A stretch of DNA of 64,000 nucleotides, from assembly GCA_035510155.1 (NCBI GenBank), contig DATKHR010000111.1, forward strand, positions 3 through 64,002, read 5' to 3'. Below are positions 19,255 through 28,723 of the stretch, piece by piece. The notes under the pieces are model-generated. The model saw nothing but the letters and a program-made list of their open reading frames with translations, was not told the DNA's origin and searched no databases. The number at the start of each line of letters is the position of its first letter. Position 1 is the stretch's first letter. The translations under genes and the position numbers were made by a program. The DNA is from Vicinamibacterales bacterium. GTDB taxonomy: Bacteria > Acidobacteriota > Vicinamibacteria > Vicinamibacterales > CAVVIG01.

Positions 19255-20655
19255 TCAGTGCGTGGAATATCGGATGATGAACGCTTCGACGGCGGCTGCA
19301 TCCACCGCGGTGAACAAGATACCCGTCCGATACTTCAGCGGCTGACCCTCCAAGTCGGGGTCGAGCAGGCTCCACACGACTCGCCCGGTCCCCGACACCG
19401 GCAGTTCGTCTGAAATCAAGGAGAGCTTCCCGCTGGAACCTGGCTCCAGCGCTCGCGATAAGGTGACCTGAGCCCCCGAAATCGAGAGATCAAGGAGCGC
19501 GCCCGCTTCGCCGCCAAATTCAACGGCCACGTCCATCGCGAACGTGTAGCGGCTGGCCCCGCGTTTTGCCTTGCTCGCCAAATCTCGCGCGAGCATCGCC
19601 GACAGATTTTCGTTCCTGTCCTGCAGCGGGCGGTCACGCCGGAACAGCTGCACCTCCAGCCGCCGCACCTGCTCGATGGACGATGCGAGGCGTTGTTCGT
19701 AGTCTTTGAGCTGGGCGTGCAGGTCTGCGTGTCGCGCGTCGGCGGCGTCGCCGTTACGTGCCGCCGCCTGCTTCGCCGCGTCGAGATCCGCGTTCAGCTT
19801 GTCGACCGCACGGAGCGTGTCGTGCGCACGCGCGGCAGCTTCCGCCGCCCGCGCCTCGGAATCGTTGTGTTTCGTCGCCGCGTCGGCGGCCCGGGTTTCT
19901 GCGGCATGCCGCCCGGTTTCCGCGGCTGTGGCGCGCGCCTCCATCTCGCGAGCCCGAGCTTCCGCTTGTTCGGCACGCGCTTCGGCGTCTTGTCTTTTTG
20001 CGTCTGCGCCGGCTGCGCGAGCCTCTGCTTGCTGCCGGCGTTGATCCGTTTCGCGCAGACGCGCCTCCGCCTGTTGGGCTACGCGCTCGGCCTGTGCTTT
20101 CGCAGAATCCGCCGCGGCCGCTTTCTCCGCCGCGGCCTCCCGAGCGGTGGTCGCCGCGGCCTTCGCGGTATCGAGAGCCGTGGTCCGCGTTTGAGCGATG
20201 CGAAGCGCATCGGCCAGCGCCTTCTCGGCCGCCGCCAACTTTTCGCCGGTCTTCCTGCCGGCGGCCTGTTCGCGCGCCAGATCGGCCCCCAGCTTCCTTC
20301 TGATCTCTTCCAGCTCCGAGCTAAGCGCTGCGGTCGTTTCCCGCTCCTGCGCCAGCAGGCGCTCGTTCTCCCTCGCAGCGGCGACCCGGCTTTGGGACTC
20401 GCGCTCGGCCTCGAAACTCGCCCGCGCCGCCGATGCCTCCGCTTCGACGGTCGCAACACGCGCGAGATCGAGGACCAGCGCCTCGAGCGAGTCGTGCGCT
20501 CCGGGATGCGCGAGCGCGGCCTCGAGCGCGAGGAGTCGCGAGTCGAGCGCCATGTGTAATGCGTCCAGCTCGCGCTTGGCAGTGTCGGACAGGTGTTGTT
20601 TCAGCCGGTCCTGTGCCGGGCCGGCTACTGATTGGGCGAGCGCTCTGTCGGTCAT
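19255..20655 (-). CDS. Ala/Glu/Arg-rich coiled-coil protein with C-terminal PilZ (c-di-GMP-binding) domain
   Basis: 466 aa. About 350 aa of heptad-like Ala-rich sequence with reiterated AEARA units. C-terminal ~110 aa resembles a PilZ beta-barrel (RGASRYTFAMDVAVEF...LLDLSISGAQV...G.GRVVW). An alternative start is Met35 (20553). Confidence 0.65.
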   Translation of the reverse strand: MTDRALAQSVAGPAQDRLKQHLSDTAKRELDALHMALDSRLLALEAALAHPGAHDSLEALVLDLARVATVEAEASAARASFEAERESQSRVAAARENERLLAQERETTAALSSELEEIRRKLGADLAREQAAGRKTGEKLAAAEKALADALRIAQTRTTALDTAKAAATTAREAAAEKAAAADSAKAQAERVAQQAEARLRETDQRRQQAEARAAGADAKRQDAEARAEQAEARAREMEARATAAETGRHAAETRAADAATKHNDSEARAAEAAARAHDTLRAVDKLNADLDAAKQAAARNGDAADARHADLHAQLKDYEQRLASSIEQVRRLEVQLFRRDRPLQDRNENLSAMLARDLASKAKRGASRYTFAMDVAVEFGGEAGALLDLSISGAQVTLSRALEPGSSGKLSLISDELPVSGTGRVVWSLLDPDLEGQPLKYRTGILFTAVDAAAVEAFIIRYSTH

Positions 20656-21871
20656 GGCGAAACGCAGTCTCGACGCTTGGGGGCCTCTATCCCGCGGTCG
20701 ACGGGATGCCGATTATCTTTTCGGCGTGATCACGGAAGAGGAACTGGTCGAACAGCGGGCGAAAGTTCTCGCGGCTGCACAGGCTGCGGCAAGCTGGGTG
20801 CGCGCTCGCCGCGCGACGTGGAGTGATGAACAGGAACTCGTGGCAGCCGTGGGGAGATCCGCCAACGCACCCTTCACGGCTCCGGAACACGGTCCCCTGA
20901 TCGAGGCCCCACTCGAGGCACCCGCCGAGGCTGAGGGGACCCTCGCGAAGGTGAACGAGCGCCCGGGAGCGAGCCAGAAGCTCCCAACGCTCTCAAAACT
21001 TCTCACCCTTGCCAGGCGCTTCATCGCCGGCTTCAAGATGCGCTGGCTGCTCGCCATCGGCGCGGCCGCGTTCGTCGCCGGGGTGATCATGGCGGCGCGA
21101 CACCTTCCGCCCGCGGCGACAGCCGGCCTGACCGCCATCCAGCTGCCGCGCTTGCTCGAATCGGCGAACAACCTGACCTCCGTCCAGCTCCCGCGCTTGC
21201 TGGAGTCCGGGAACACCAGCGCAGCGACGTCTCAGCCCGCACCAACGGCATCGGCGAAAACGACCGGCACGCTCAATATCCTCTCCGCACCGGAAGGCAC
21301 GCGCGTGCTCGTCGACGGTTCAGTTCGCGGCCTGACGCCACTCAGCATCGACGATATTCCGGTGGGGCGGCACGTGGTTGTGCTCGAGAGCCCGTCGGGG
21401 GTTTTGCAGCGGTCAGTGACTGTCGCTGCGGACAAGGTGACGGAAGTCAACGAATCCATCGTGGCCGCGTTCGTCACCATCCTCTCGCCCTTCGAGGTGT
21501 CGATCACCGAAGGGACGCGTACTTTCCGGCCCGACGATCACAACGAGATCACGCTCGCCGCCGGCCCACATGATCTCCGATTGACCAATCGCCGGCTCAT
21601 GTTCGAGGACCGGCGACATCTGGATCTCGCCCCCGCGGAGCGGCTCACGATTTCGGTGACGCCGCCGCAATCGACGGTCTCGGTGACGGCGAGCGAACCA
21701 GCCGAGGTGTGGGTGGACGGCGCGCGGGTCGGACAGACACCGCTCGCGGATCACGTTGTGGAGCTCGGCTCACACGAGATTCTCGTGAAGCGCGCGGACG
21801 GCGGGGAACGCCGGGTGACCGCCATGGTGACGGTGAAGCCGTTCGCACTCCACGTCGACTTTTCGAAATAG
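20654..21871 (+). CDS. Membrane-anchored PEGA-domain protein
   Basis: In-frame part of ORF 20198..21871 after the divergent gene. One TM helix (WLLAIGAAAFVAGVIMAA). Two PEGA-like modules (LSAPEGTRVLVDGSVRGLTPL and EVWVDGARVGQTPL). Start uncertain: ATG 20654 or GTG 20726. Confidence 0.65.
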   Translation: MAKRSLDAWGPLSRGRRDADYLFGVITEEELVEQRAKVLAAAQAAASWVRARRATWSDEQELVAAVGRSANAPFTAPEHGPLIEAPLEAPAEAEGTLAKVNERPGASQKLPTLSKLLTLARRFIAGFKMRWLLAIGAAAFVAGVIMAARHLPPAATAGLTAIQLPRLLESANNLTSVQLPRLLESGNTSAATSQPAPTASAKTTGTLNILSAPEGTRVLVDGSVRGLTPLSIDDIPVGRHVVVLESPSGVLQRSVTVAADKVTEVNESIVAAFVTILSPFEVSITEGTRTFRPDDHNEITLAAGPHDLRLTNRRLMFEDRRHLDLAPAERLTISVTPPQSTVSVTASEPAEVWVDGARVGQTPLADHVVELGSHEILVKRADGGERRVTAMVTVKPFALHVDFSK

Positions 21872-21890
21872 CCGGTTCACGATCCGGCCA

Positions 21891-22952
21891 TCACGGTTGT
21901 GTGGCGGCGTGGCGCTCGGACTGAAGCTTCCGGATCTCGTTGACGCCGTTGTTGACGGTGATCTCCGCGAAGATTTTGCCGAGCTCCTTCGTCGACGGAT
22001 GCGGATCGCCCGTGAGCCCGTTGTTGACGCGCGGCGGCGCATTCGGATCCTGCGGGCGCCCGCGTCCGCCACCGGCGGAACCCGCGCCCTGCCCTCGTCC
22101 TGCCCCGGCAGCCGCTGTCGCGTTTCCCGCGCCCGAAGCCGGCTGGCGCGCCATGCGCGCGTCGCGTGCCGTCTTCCACTGCTCCGGTGTCACTCCTGTC
22201 GGATCGAATGGAACAGTTTTGTAGATAGGCCGCACGTACGCCCCGGGCGCCGGCTCGAACGATAACATCTCGGACGTTTCCATCATCGCGCCGTGACCGC
22301 CAATCGGCAGCTTGTGCTCGTACAGGTAGAGGTCAATGTCGTCGTGCGTCTTGTTGTAGAAGTCGCTGACGTAGTACACGCGCACGCCTTTCGGCGAGAG
22401 CTTCTTGTCCATCTCCTCGGCGGCTTCCCGCATCATGGCCTGACCGCCGCCGTGATCGCCCATCACGAAAATATCCTTGAAGCCGTTGAAGGACATGCTT
22501 TCGACTTCCGCCATCTTCACGGCCTTGAAGACGTCCGCCGGCAGCTGAACGCTCCCGGGCTGATCGGTTCCCTCGCGCAGTCCGGTTGCGTTGACGTCCA
22601 TCGGCAGCACCGGCGCGACCAGCGTCTTGCCCAGCCGTTTCGCCATCTCGACGGCGTGATGCCGCGCCATGATCGAGTGGCCGGCGAGGACGTCGTGAGG
22701 CCCACGCTCTTCCGTACCGCCGTTCACGATCAGCACGCTCGTGAATCCCTTGTTGTGGATCTTGTCGTAGACCTCCGTATGAGTGAGCATCTCGAGCTCG
22801 ACGATGTCATCCACTCCTGCGGAAGAGGGCGACCGGGGCGGTGTGTCGCGTTGCTGCGCGTACAGGATGCCGCCGGCTGCCGCAACCGCAACCGCCGCGA
22901 GAACGACCGAGATCGTCATGGTCTTCTTCTTGGTCTTCTCGATCTTTTTCAT
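21891..22952 (-). CDS. Creatininase-family amidohydrolase, membrane-anchored or secreted, with Gly/Arg-rich C-terminal linker
   Basis: ORF trimmed to ATG 22952 (GGAGG upstream; Lys-rich N-terminus plus hydrophobic helix). Motifs [18 protein letters not shown] and [11 protein letters not shown] resemble the creatininase-fold metal ligands. Confidence 0.6.
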   Translation of the reverse strand: MKKIEKTKKKTMTISVVLAAVAVAAAGGILYAQQRDTPPRSPSSAGVDDIVELEMLTHTEVYDKIHNKGFTSVLIVNGGTEERGPHDVLAGHSIMARHHAVEMAKRLGKTLVAPVLPMDVNATGLREGTDQPGSVQLPADVFKAVKMAEVESMSFNGFKDIFVMGDHGGGQAMMREAAEEMDKKLSPKGVRVYYVSDFYNKTHDDIDLYLYEHKLPIGGHGAMMETSEMLSFEPAPGAYVRPIYKTVPFDPTGVTPEQWKTARDARMARQPASGAGNATAAAGAGRGQGAGSAGGGRGRPQDPNAPPRVNNGLTGDPHPSTKELGKIFAEITVNNGVNEIRKLQSERHAATQP

Positions 22953-23101
22953 GAATGCCTCCAGCTCTCGCCGCAACGAGTAGGCCGTGGTTACTGTAGC
23001 TGCGGAGAGTCGAACGGTCAACCGGACGCCAGCCGCGCGGTGACAGCCGGCGCGCGCTGACTCGACAAGGGAGGTGAAAAGGGCGGTAAGCTACCGCGGC
23101 T

Positions 23102-24757
23102 ATGCTTCCCCCCGGGGCGCCTGCCCCCAGGATGCCCCGCGCCGTTCTCGCCGCCCTTCTCTGCCTGGTGCTTGCGATGTTCCATACGTGGCCGCTCACC
23201 GCGGCTCCAAGCCGATACTCCCTCAACTACAACGCCGATGCCGAGCTGAACGCCTGGATCGTCAGCTGGATCGCTTACGCGCTCACTCACGAACCGGCGC
23301 GCCTCTTTGCAGGCAACATCTTTCAACCGGACGACCGCGCGCTTGCCTACTCGGAGCCGCTGGTCGTCCCGGCGCTCGCGGGCGCGCCGATCCGCTGGAT
23401 GGGCGGGTCCGCCGTGCTGACCTTCAATCTGTTGCTCATTGCCGGCCTTGCAGCGACGGCGTTCGCCGGGTGGTGGGTCGTTGACCAGTGGACGGCATCC
23501 TTTGCCGGCGCTCTCGTCGCAGGAGCGCTTCTCGCGTTCAACACGCACCTGCTGACTCGACTTCCGCACCTGCAAGCCGCGCACGCGTGGGGCTTGATCC
23601 TGGCGTTCTTTTTCACCGACCGCCTGCTCAGGCAACAGGGCGGGACAGCGCCGCTCGCCGTAACCCTTGCAGCCATCGCCGCGACGTCGGCCTACTGGTT
23701 GATCTTTGCCGGCGTCCTGATGCTCGTTCTCGTGGCGGTGGGCCCCCGCTCTTCAGCAGCAATCCGACGGATTGCCGTCGCCTGCCTGCTGGGCGCGCTG
23801 CTCGCGGTGCCCGTGCTGCTGCCCTACGCGCGGCTGGCGGGAGAAGGCGTGCGCCGGCCGATCGAGCAGGCCGAGCAGCTCTCCGCGTCGCCGTCTGCGT
23901 ATCTCGTATCGTCGAGCGTCGTCGACCGTGGTTGGAGCCGGCGCTTCTTCACGAGGGACATCGACGTCCTCTTTCCCGGATTCATTGCGCTCGGCCTTGC
24001 GACCATCGGCGTGCTTGCCAACGTTCGGGCCGACGCGGTCGCCCGACGCCGATCCCTTGCGCTCGTCCTCGCGGGATTCGTTGGCTTTGTCTTGTCGTTT
24101 GGGCCCGCGACGTCTCTCTACCGCATGGCCTTCCGTGCGCTGCTGCCGCTGCAGGGCCTCCGGGTGCCGGCGCGGTTCGGCTACCTGCCCCTCTTCGCCA
24201 TCGCGATTCTCGCAGGCCTGGGTGTCGCTGCCCTCCAACGCATGGCGCTGCGGCTGAATCCGCGAATGGGGCCGTCACGAGCGCCGGGCGGGGTCGCCGG
24301 CATTATCGCCGTTGCGGCCGTGACATTCGAGGCTTGGCACGGGCCTGTCCCCACGACACCGTTCGCCGGAGTGCCAGCGATCTACTCAAGGCTCGACGCC
24401 GAACCGAGTCCGGCGCTTCTGGTCGAAGTCCCGTTCTGGCCGGCGGAAGCCGTGTTCGGCAACGCGGAATACGTCCTCAACGCAACCGGGCATCGGGCTC
24501 CGATCATGAACGGCTACAGCGGTTACACGCCGGACAGCTACCGCCGCCGAGCCCAGTGGTTCTGGTTCTTTCCCGAATCGTGGGCGATCGACGCCATGCG
24601 GCATGAGGGCGCGACGCACGTCATGGTTCATCTGGAGCAGTTCGGCGCCGACGCCGAGGGCGTCAGAGCCGCGCTCGCGAGTCAGCGCGAGCTCGAACTG
24701 GTCGCCAGCGACAGCGCCGGGCATCTCCTCTACCGATTTGCCGGACGCGCCCGCTGA
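23102..24757 (+). CDS. Polytopic membrane protein with C-terminal periplasmic domain (GT-C/ArnT-like architecture)
   Basis: 551 aa. About 10 predicted TM helices in the first ~400 aa, then a soluble domain. Function inferred only from architecture. An alternative start is ATG 23132. Confidence 0.5.
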   Translation: MLPPGAPAPRMPRAVLAALLCLVLAMFHTWPLTAAPSRYSLNYNADAELNAWIVSWIAYALTHEPARLFAGNIFQPDDRALAYSEPLVVPALAGAPIRWMGGSAVLTFNLLLIAGLAATAFAGWWVVDQWTASFAGALVAGALLAFNTHLLTRLPHLQAAHAWGLILAFFFTDRLLRQQGGTAPLAVTLAAIAATSAYWLIFAGVLMLVLVAVGPRSSAAIRRIAVACLLGALLAVPVLLPYARLAGEGVRRPIEQAEQLSASPSAYLVSSSVVDRGWSRRFFTRDIDVLFPGFIALGLATIGVLANVRADAVARRRSLALVLAGFVGFVLSFGPATSLYRMAFRALLPLQGLRVPARFGYLPLFAIAILAGLGVAALQRMALRLNPRMGPSRAPGGVAGIIAVAAVTFEAWHGPVPTTPFAGVPAIYSRLDAEPSPALLVEVPFWPAEAVFGNAEYVLNATGHRAPIMNGYSGYTPDSYRRRAQWFWFFPESWAIDAMRHEGATHVMVHLEQFGADAEGVRAALASQRELELVASDSAGHLLYRFAGRAR

Positions 24758-24863
24758 CCGCTCAAGGGTCTGGCACGAACGATGGCGGCGCGCTAAAATG
24801 ACGCGTCGGTACTCACGCTCGCTTCACGAAAGTTCACGTCGCTCGCATCAGGAGGAGAGACAC

Positions 24864-25580
24864 ATGGCCAATCGTCGCACGGAGCCCCTACCCCGCCGGT
24901 TGTTTCTCGCCCGCGCCGGCACGTCTGCCACTGCCGCTGCGGCCGCCCTGGGGCTCGGAACGGCGGTCACGGCCCAGACCCAGACTGGAGGCACCGCCAG
25001 CGCCCGCTTCCAGCCCGCGCGGCACGCCGCGGATGACTGGTTCGACGGCGTGCCCGGCAAACACCGCCTTTATCTCGACGCGTCCACCGGAGGCGGCGCC
25101 GGCGACGCGCTGCTCTTCGCCGGCAACTTCCTGAACAACAGCAAGAGCGCGTACGGCCTCAACGACAGCGACAGTGCCATCGTGATTTGCCTGCGGCACT
25201 TCGCGACGCCGTTCGCGTGGACCGACACTGTCTGGACGAAGTACGGGCCGGCGCTCACGGAGTTGACGAAAGTGAACGACCCCAAGACAGGCAAGCCGCC
25301 GACAATCAATCTCTATCGGTCGGCGGCCTACGGAATGCAACTGAACAACCTCGGCACGACGATCGACGCGCTCATCGGACGCGGCGTTCAATTCGCCGTC
25401 TGCGACACCGCGACGCACTTCGTTGCCGGGATGCTCGCCGAGGGCACCAAGGGGAACGCCGACGCCATCTACAAGGAGCTGACGTCGAACACGATACCCA
25501 ATTCCCACTACGTATCCGCCGGCATCGTCGCCACCAATCGCGCGCAGGAGCGCGGTTACACAATTGCGCACTGCGGGTAG
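24864..25580 (+). CDS. Tat-exported protein, possibly DsrE/DsrF-like
   Basis: ATG 24864 preceded by GGAGGAG (24851). Tat signal PRRLFLARAGTSATAAAAALG. The pattern ...VICLRH... / VQFAVCDTATH... / AQERGYT resembles the DsrE-fold family, recalled from memory only. Confidence 0.4.
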   Translation: MANRRTEPLPRRLFLARAGTSATAAAAALGLGTAVTAQTQTGGTASARFQPARHAADDWFDGVPGKHRLYLDASTGGGAGDALLFAGNFLNNSKSAYGLNDSDSAIVICLRHFATPFAWTDTVWTKYGPALTELTKVNDPKTGKPPTINLYRSAAYGMQLNNLGTTIDALIGRGVQFAVCDTATHFVAGMLAEGTKGNADAIYKELTSNTIPNSHYVSAGIVATNRAQERGYTIAHCG

Positions 25581-25604
25581 GTCGGAGCCGGCGGATGACC
25601 GCCC

Positions 25605-26309
25605 TCACTTCTTCTGGAGTGCGGGGTTCACGTATCCGGCTGAAAGCACGCGTTCCGGATCGGGCCTGATGCTCAAGTAGTCGACGTGATCGATGATGTC
25701 CGTCCATCCGTGCGGCACACCCGCCGGGATGATGACGATATCGCCGGTCTTCACCTTCCTCTTGACGACGTCGGCCCCGGCGATCATGCCGCTGCAGGAC
25801 GGACCGTTGAGCACTTTGGTGACCTCGCTGTCCGGCGGCGATTTGCGACCGTTGACGATGTGGCCGCCGGTGATAAGCGTGCCGGTGCCTGATGTGATGA
25901 TGTAAGTCTCGGTTTGGCCGTCGTGGGCGATCCCGCCCGGCGCCCCATCGGTTGGCGGCGCTGTCGACTGTTGGCCACACGGCTCGCCGGCTGCCGCTGG
26001 CCCGCCGCCACGCGCCCCGCCTCCGGCCGCTCCGCGCGCCGCTGCCGAAGCCCCCGCCGCTCCGCCACCCGACCCGCGCCCGCCGGGCGCCGCCGCCACA
26101 CGGTGAATCATGCCGACTTGTTCATTGCTCTTGCCGATGTCGACGCTGACGATCGTACGATCGACCCCAGGAAGCGCGTTAATGGTCTTGACGTCTTCGT
26201 CGGTGATGTAGGTCGCCGCTTTCGGCCCGTTGTTCTGGACCTGAGCGCCAACGAGCGCGGGGGTCACCGCGCAGGCCAGGGCGGCAATTCGTGCGGCTAT
26301 CCGGTGCAT
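25605..26309 (-). CDS. Secreted cupin-domain protein with Gly/Ala/Arg-rich insertion
   Basis: ORF trimmed to ATG 26309 (AGGAGG upstream; signal peptide IAALACAVTPALVGAQ). C-terminal cupin strands GDIVIIPAGVPHGW. A 58-aa low-complexity insert is encoded at 25926-26099. Confidence 0.65.
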   Translation of the reverse strand: MHRIAARIAALACAVTPALVGAQVQNNGPKAATYITDEDVKTINALPGVDRTIVSVDIGKSNEQVGMIHRVAAAPGGRGSGGGAAGASAAARGAAGGGARGGGPAAAGEPCGQQSTAPPTDGAPGGIAHDGQTETYIITSGTGTLITGGHIVNGRKSPPDSEVTKVLNGPSCSGMIAGADVVKRKVKTGDIVIIPAGVPHGWTDIIDHVDYLSIRPDPERVLSAGYVNPALQKK

Positions 26310-26339
26310 GAGTCCCTCCTCGCCGCGTAATATATCGCG

Positions 26340-27089
26340 ATGGCCGTCGGGCGCAGAGAATTCCTCACATTTCTCACATGCCTTGCTGGTGCCCCCCGTG
26401 CGGCGTTCTTCGCCCAATCAAACGGGCAGGGTCAAACCGCGCAGGGTGGCCGCAACCAGAACGCACCCGGCCGCTATCCGCTTGGGCTGGGCGACGACCG
26501 TGACGGCTTCGTCTACATTCCAGCCGGCTACACGGCCGGAACACCACTGCCGTTGTTGATCCTGCTGCACGGCGCGGGCAACACGTCGCTGTCGGTGCAA
26601 TACGCGCTGCCGCTGGCCGATGAGTTCAGCGTCATCATCCTGGCGCCTGACTCCCGCGACGAGCGGACCTGGGATGGTGTGCTTCGCAGCTGGGGCCCCG
26701 ACGTCGAGTTCATCTCGAACGCCGTCGCCCAGACCGTCGCCCGCTACAGCGTCGATCGCGACCGCCTCGGCATCGGCGGCTTCTCGGACGGCGCGTCGTA
26801 CGCGCTCTCCTTCGGCATCACGTTCGGCGACCAGTTCACGAGCGTCATCGCCATGTCGCCCGGTGTGATGCAACCGATGGCCGCCCGGGGAAAACCCCGC
26901 GTCTTCATCTCGCACGGCACGAACGATCCCGTCATGCCAATCGACATCACCAGCCGGACGTTCGTGCCGAAACTGAAAAGCCTTGGATACGACGTGACGT
27001 ACCGGGAATACCAGGGGCGCCACGCTCCATCGCCGCCGATCGTGCGTGAGGCGTTCGACTGGTTCGCGCGTTCCGCAAGGGTTCCATAG
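26340..27089 (+). CDS. Alpha/beta hydrolase, phospholipase/carboxylesterase (PHB-depolymerase-esterase-like) family
   Basis: 249 aa. Tat-like GRREFLTFL. Oxyanion LLILLHGAG. Nucleophile elbow GGFSDGA. Late HGTNDPVMP block. Confidence 0.75.
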   Translation: MAVGRREFLTFLTCLAGAPRAAFFAQSNGQGQTAQGGRNQNAPGRYPLGLGDDRDGFVYIPAGYTAGTPLPLLILLHGAGNTSLSVQYALPLADEFSVIILAPDSRDERTWDGVLRSWGPDVEFISNAVAQTVARYSVDRDRLGIGGFSDGASYALSFGITFGDQFTSVIAMSPGVMQPMAARGKPRVFISHGTNDPVMPIDITSRTFVPKLKSLGYDVTYREYQGRHAPSPPIVREAFDWFARSARVP

Positions 27090-27213
27090 AGAAATTTGTA
27101 ATTGACGCAACAAGGTTGATGCCCCATAACGGGGCGCGCGGACGTTTTTCCGCAGCCAGGGTGCGATTCCCGTCTGGCATAGGAGTTGCCGCTCGCAGCC
27201 TACGCCGACAACT

Positions 27214-27687
27214 ATGCCCGATGCGCACCTCAGCTCCGCTGCCCCTGCGTTTCTTACGATTGACACCCGTGCTCCAGCCGCCGTCCGAGAGCTCATCGTC
27301 GAAGCCGACGGCTGTCTGAAAGCCGGCTTTCTGACAGGCGGCACCGTGTGCGCCCAGAAGGCCATTCAGACGCTGCTGCAGCACGAAAGCGCCGAAGGGG
27401 CGAGCTATGAAGCGCGGCTTCACGCGCTCAGCCAGAAATATCCGTCCGTCCCACAGTCGCTCTTCGCGCTGTGCATCCGCCTCGGCGAATCACCGTCGAA
27501 AGAGCACCCGGCGCTCGACGTCGAACGGCTGAAGGTCCTGGTCGTCGCGCTCAAGATCATGTTGTACGAGATCTACGTGCTCGGCCCCGACCGCGTCGAC
27601 CGATTGAAGTACCTGCAGCAGATGGTCGAAGCGTGCGAGGCTGGCGCTCACGGCCAGAAGTCGACGGTCGTCGCCTTCCCGAACTGA
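27214..27687 (+). CDS. Hypothetical protein, DUF4145-like helical domain
   Basis: 157 aa. Helical pattern EADGCLKAGFLTGGTVCAQKAIQTLL....L...L....P..L......IRLGE resembles DUF4145 as I recall it. Overlaps the 3' end of the convergent glycosidase gene by 40 nt. Confidence 0.4.
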   Translation: MPDAHLSSAAPAFLTIDTRAPAAVRELIVEADGCLKAGFLTGGTVCAQKAIQTLLQHESAEGASYEARLHALSQKYPSVPQSLFALCIRLGESPSKEHPALDVERLKVLVVALKIMLYEIYVLGPDRVDRLKYLQQMVEACEAGAHGQKSTVVAFPN

Positions 27688-28685
27688 CCGGACCGGGGTT
27701 TCTGCGGCCCCCCATCCGGGGGAACCGTCGCCCCGGCGTGGGCGTTGATGAACGCCTGATAAAGTGAGAACGCCGGCCGGTTGCTCCAATCCGGGCGTGT
27801 CATCGCGCTGCCGCAGTCGTTTGGCAGCGGCGGATCGTACAAATCATAGAACATCACGCCGGTCCACCAATGGCGCCGACGCTCAAGCGCATCGAGCACC
27901 TGCTGATAGAACAGGGCCTGTTCGATCTCTCCGAACACCGATCGGCAGGGCCTCAGCCCGGTTTCCGAGAGCCAGACGTCCCTGCCGTACGACGACGGTA
28001 GCACGATGTCGTCCATCATCCGGTCGAGCTTCGGACCGTCGCCGTACCAATGCAGAGTGACGATGTCGAACAGAGCGGCGGTTTCGCGCATGGCGGCGCT
28101 GAACCAGCCATTGAGTGTTGCGTGGTGGCTGATCTCGGGACCGAGCACGAGTGCCTTCGGGTTGGCGGCGCGAATCGCCGCGCGGCCGGCCATGGCGAGG
28201 GCTTTGTACACCTCAAGGTCGGCACCTTGGAGATACATATCGAGATTCGGCTCATTCCACACCCCCCAGAGGAAGATGTCGTCCCTATAGCGCGCGACCA
28301 CCGCGTATACGAAGTCGTAATAGTCCTGATACACGAGGGGCGGATAGTTGAACGGTCGACCGCCGTTGGCCCATCGAGGTGTGTAGGCCAGCGATCCGAA
28401 GATCATCCGATGCGTACGCTTGGCTTGGTCGCGCCAGGCATCGGTCACGGTCCAGTCGAAACAGCCTTTGCACGCCGGTTCGATCACGTCCCACCCGTAG
28501 AGCAGCCGGACGACGTTTGCGCCTAGCTCCACCATCTTGTCGGCCATCTGTGGCGTGAACGCACGCGCGTTCACCCCGAAGGAGAAGCCGTACACGCCTT
28601 GCCCCTGCGCGGTGGTTCCCCCACTCCACAGCGCACCGAACGTTGCCAACAGGAGAACCAGGAACGCACGTGGCGCGCGTGGCAT
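27648..28685 (-). CDS. Clan GH-A glycoside hydrolase (GH5/GH39-like, PslG-type candidate exopolysaccharide hydrolase)
   Basis: ORF trimmed to ATG 28685 (signal MPRAPRAFLVLLLATFGALWSGG). Acid/base WGVWNEPN and nucleophile VWLSETG motifs of (beta/alpha)8 clan A glycosidases. Confidence 0.7.
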   Translation of the reverse strand: MPRAPRAFLVLLLATFGALWSGGTTAQGQGVYGFSFGVNARAFTPQMADKMVELGANVVRLLYGWDVIEPACKGCFDWTVTDAWRDQAKRTHRMIFGSLAYTPRWANGGRPFNYPPLVYQDYYDFVYAVVARYRDDIFLWGVWNEPNLDMYLQGADLEVYKALAMAGRAAIRAANPKALVLGPEISHHATLNGWFSAAMRETAALFDIVTLHWYGDGPKLDRMMDDIVLPSSYGRDVWLSETGLRPCRSVFGEIEQALFYQQVLDALERRRHWWTGVMFYDLYDPPLPNDCGSAMTRPDWSNRPAFSLYQAFINAHAGATVPPDGGPQKPRSGQFGKATTVDFWP

Positions 28686-28723
28686 TGCCCTATCATGGAG
28701 CCTTAGGACCGGGTGACATCGAC

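Noticed and set aside
19700-20350. Apparent DNA repetitiveness (gcggc/cgcgc-rich, AEARA-coding) that could be mistaken for a tandem repeat or CRISPR-like array
   Set aside because: There is no constant-length repeat/spacer structure. The periodicity comes from a biased Ala/Glu/Arg coiled-coil coding sequence. No CRISPR array was found anywhere in the window.
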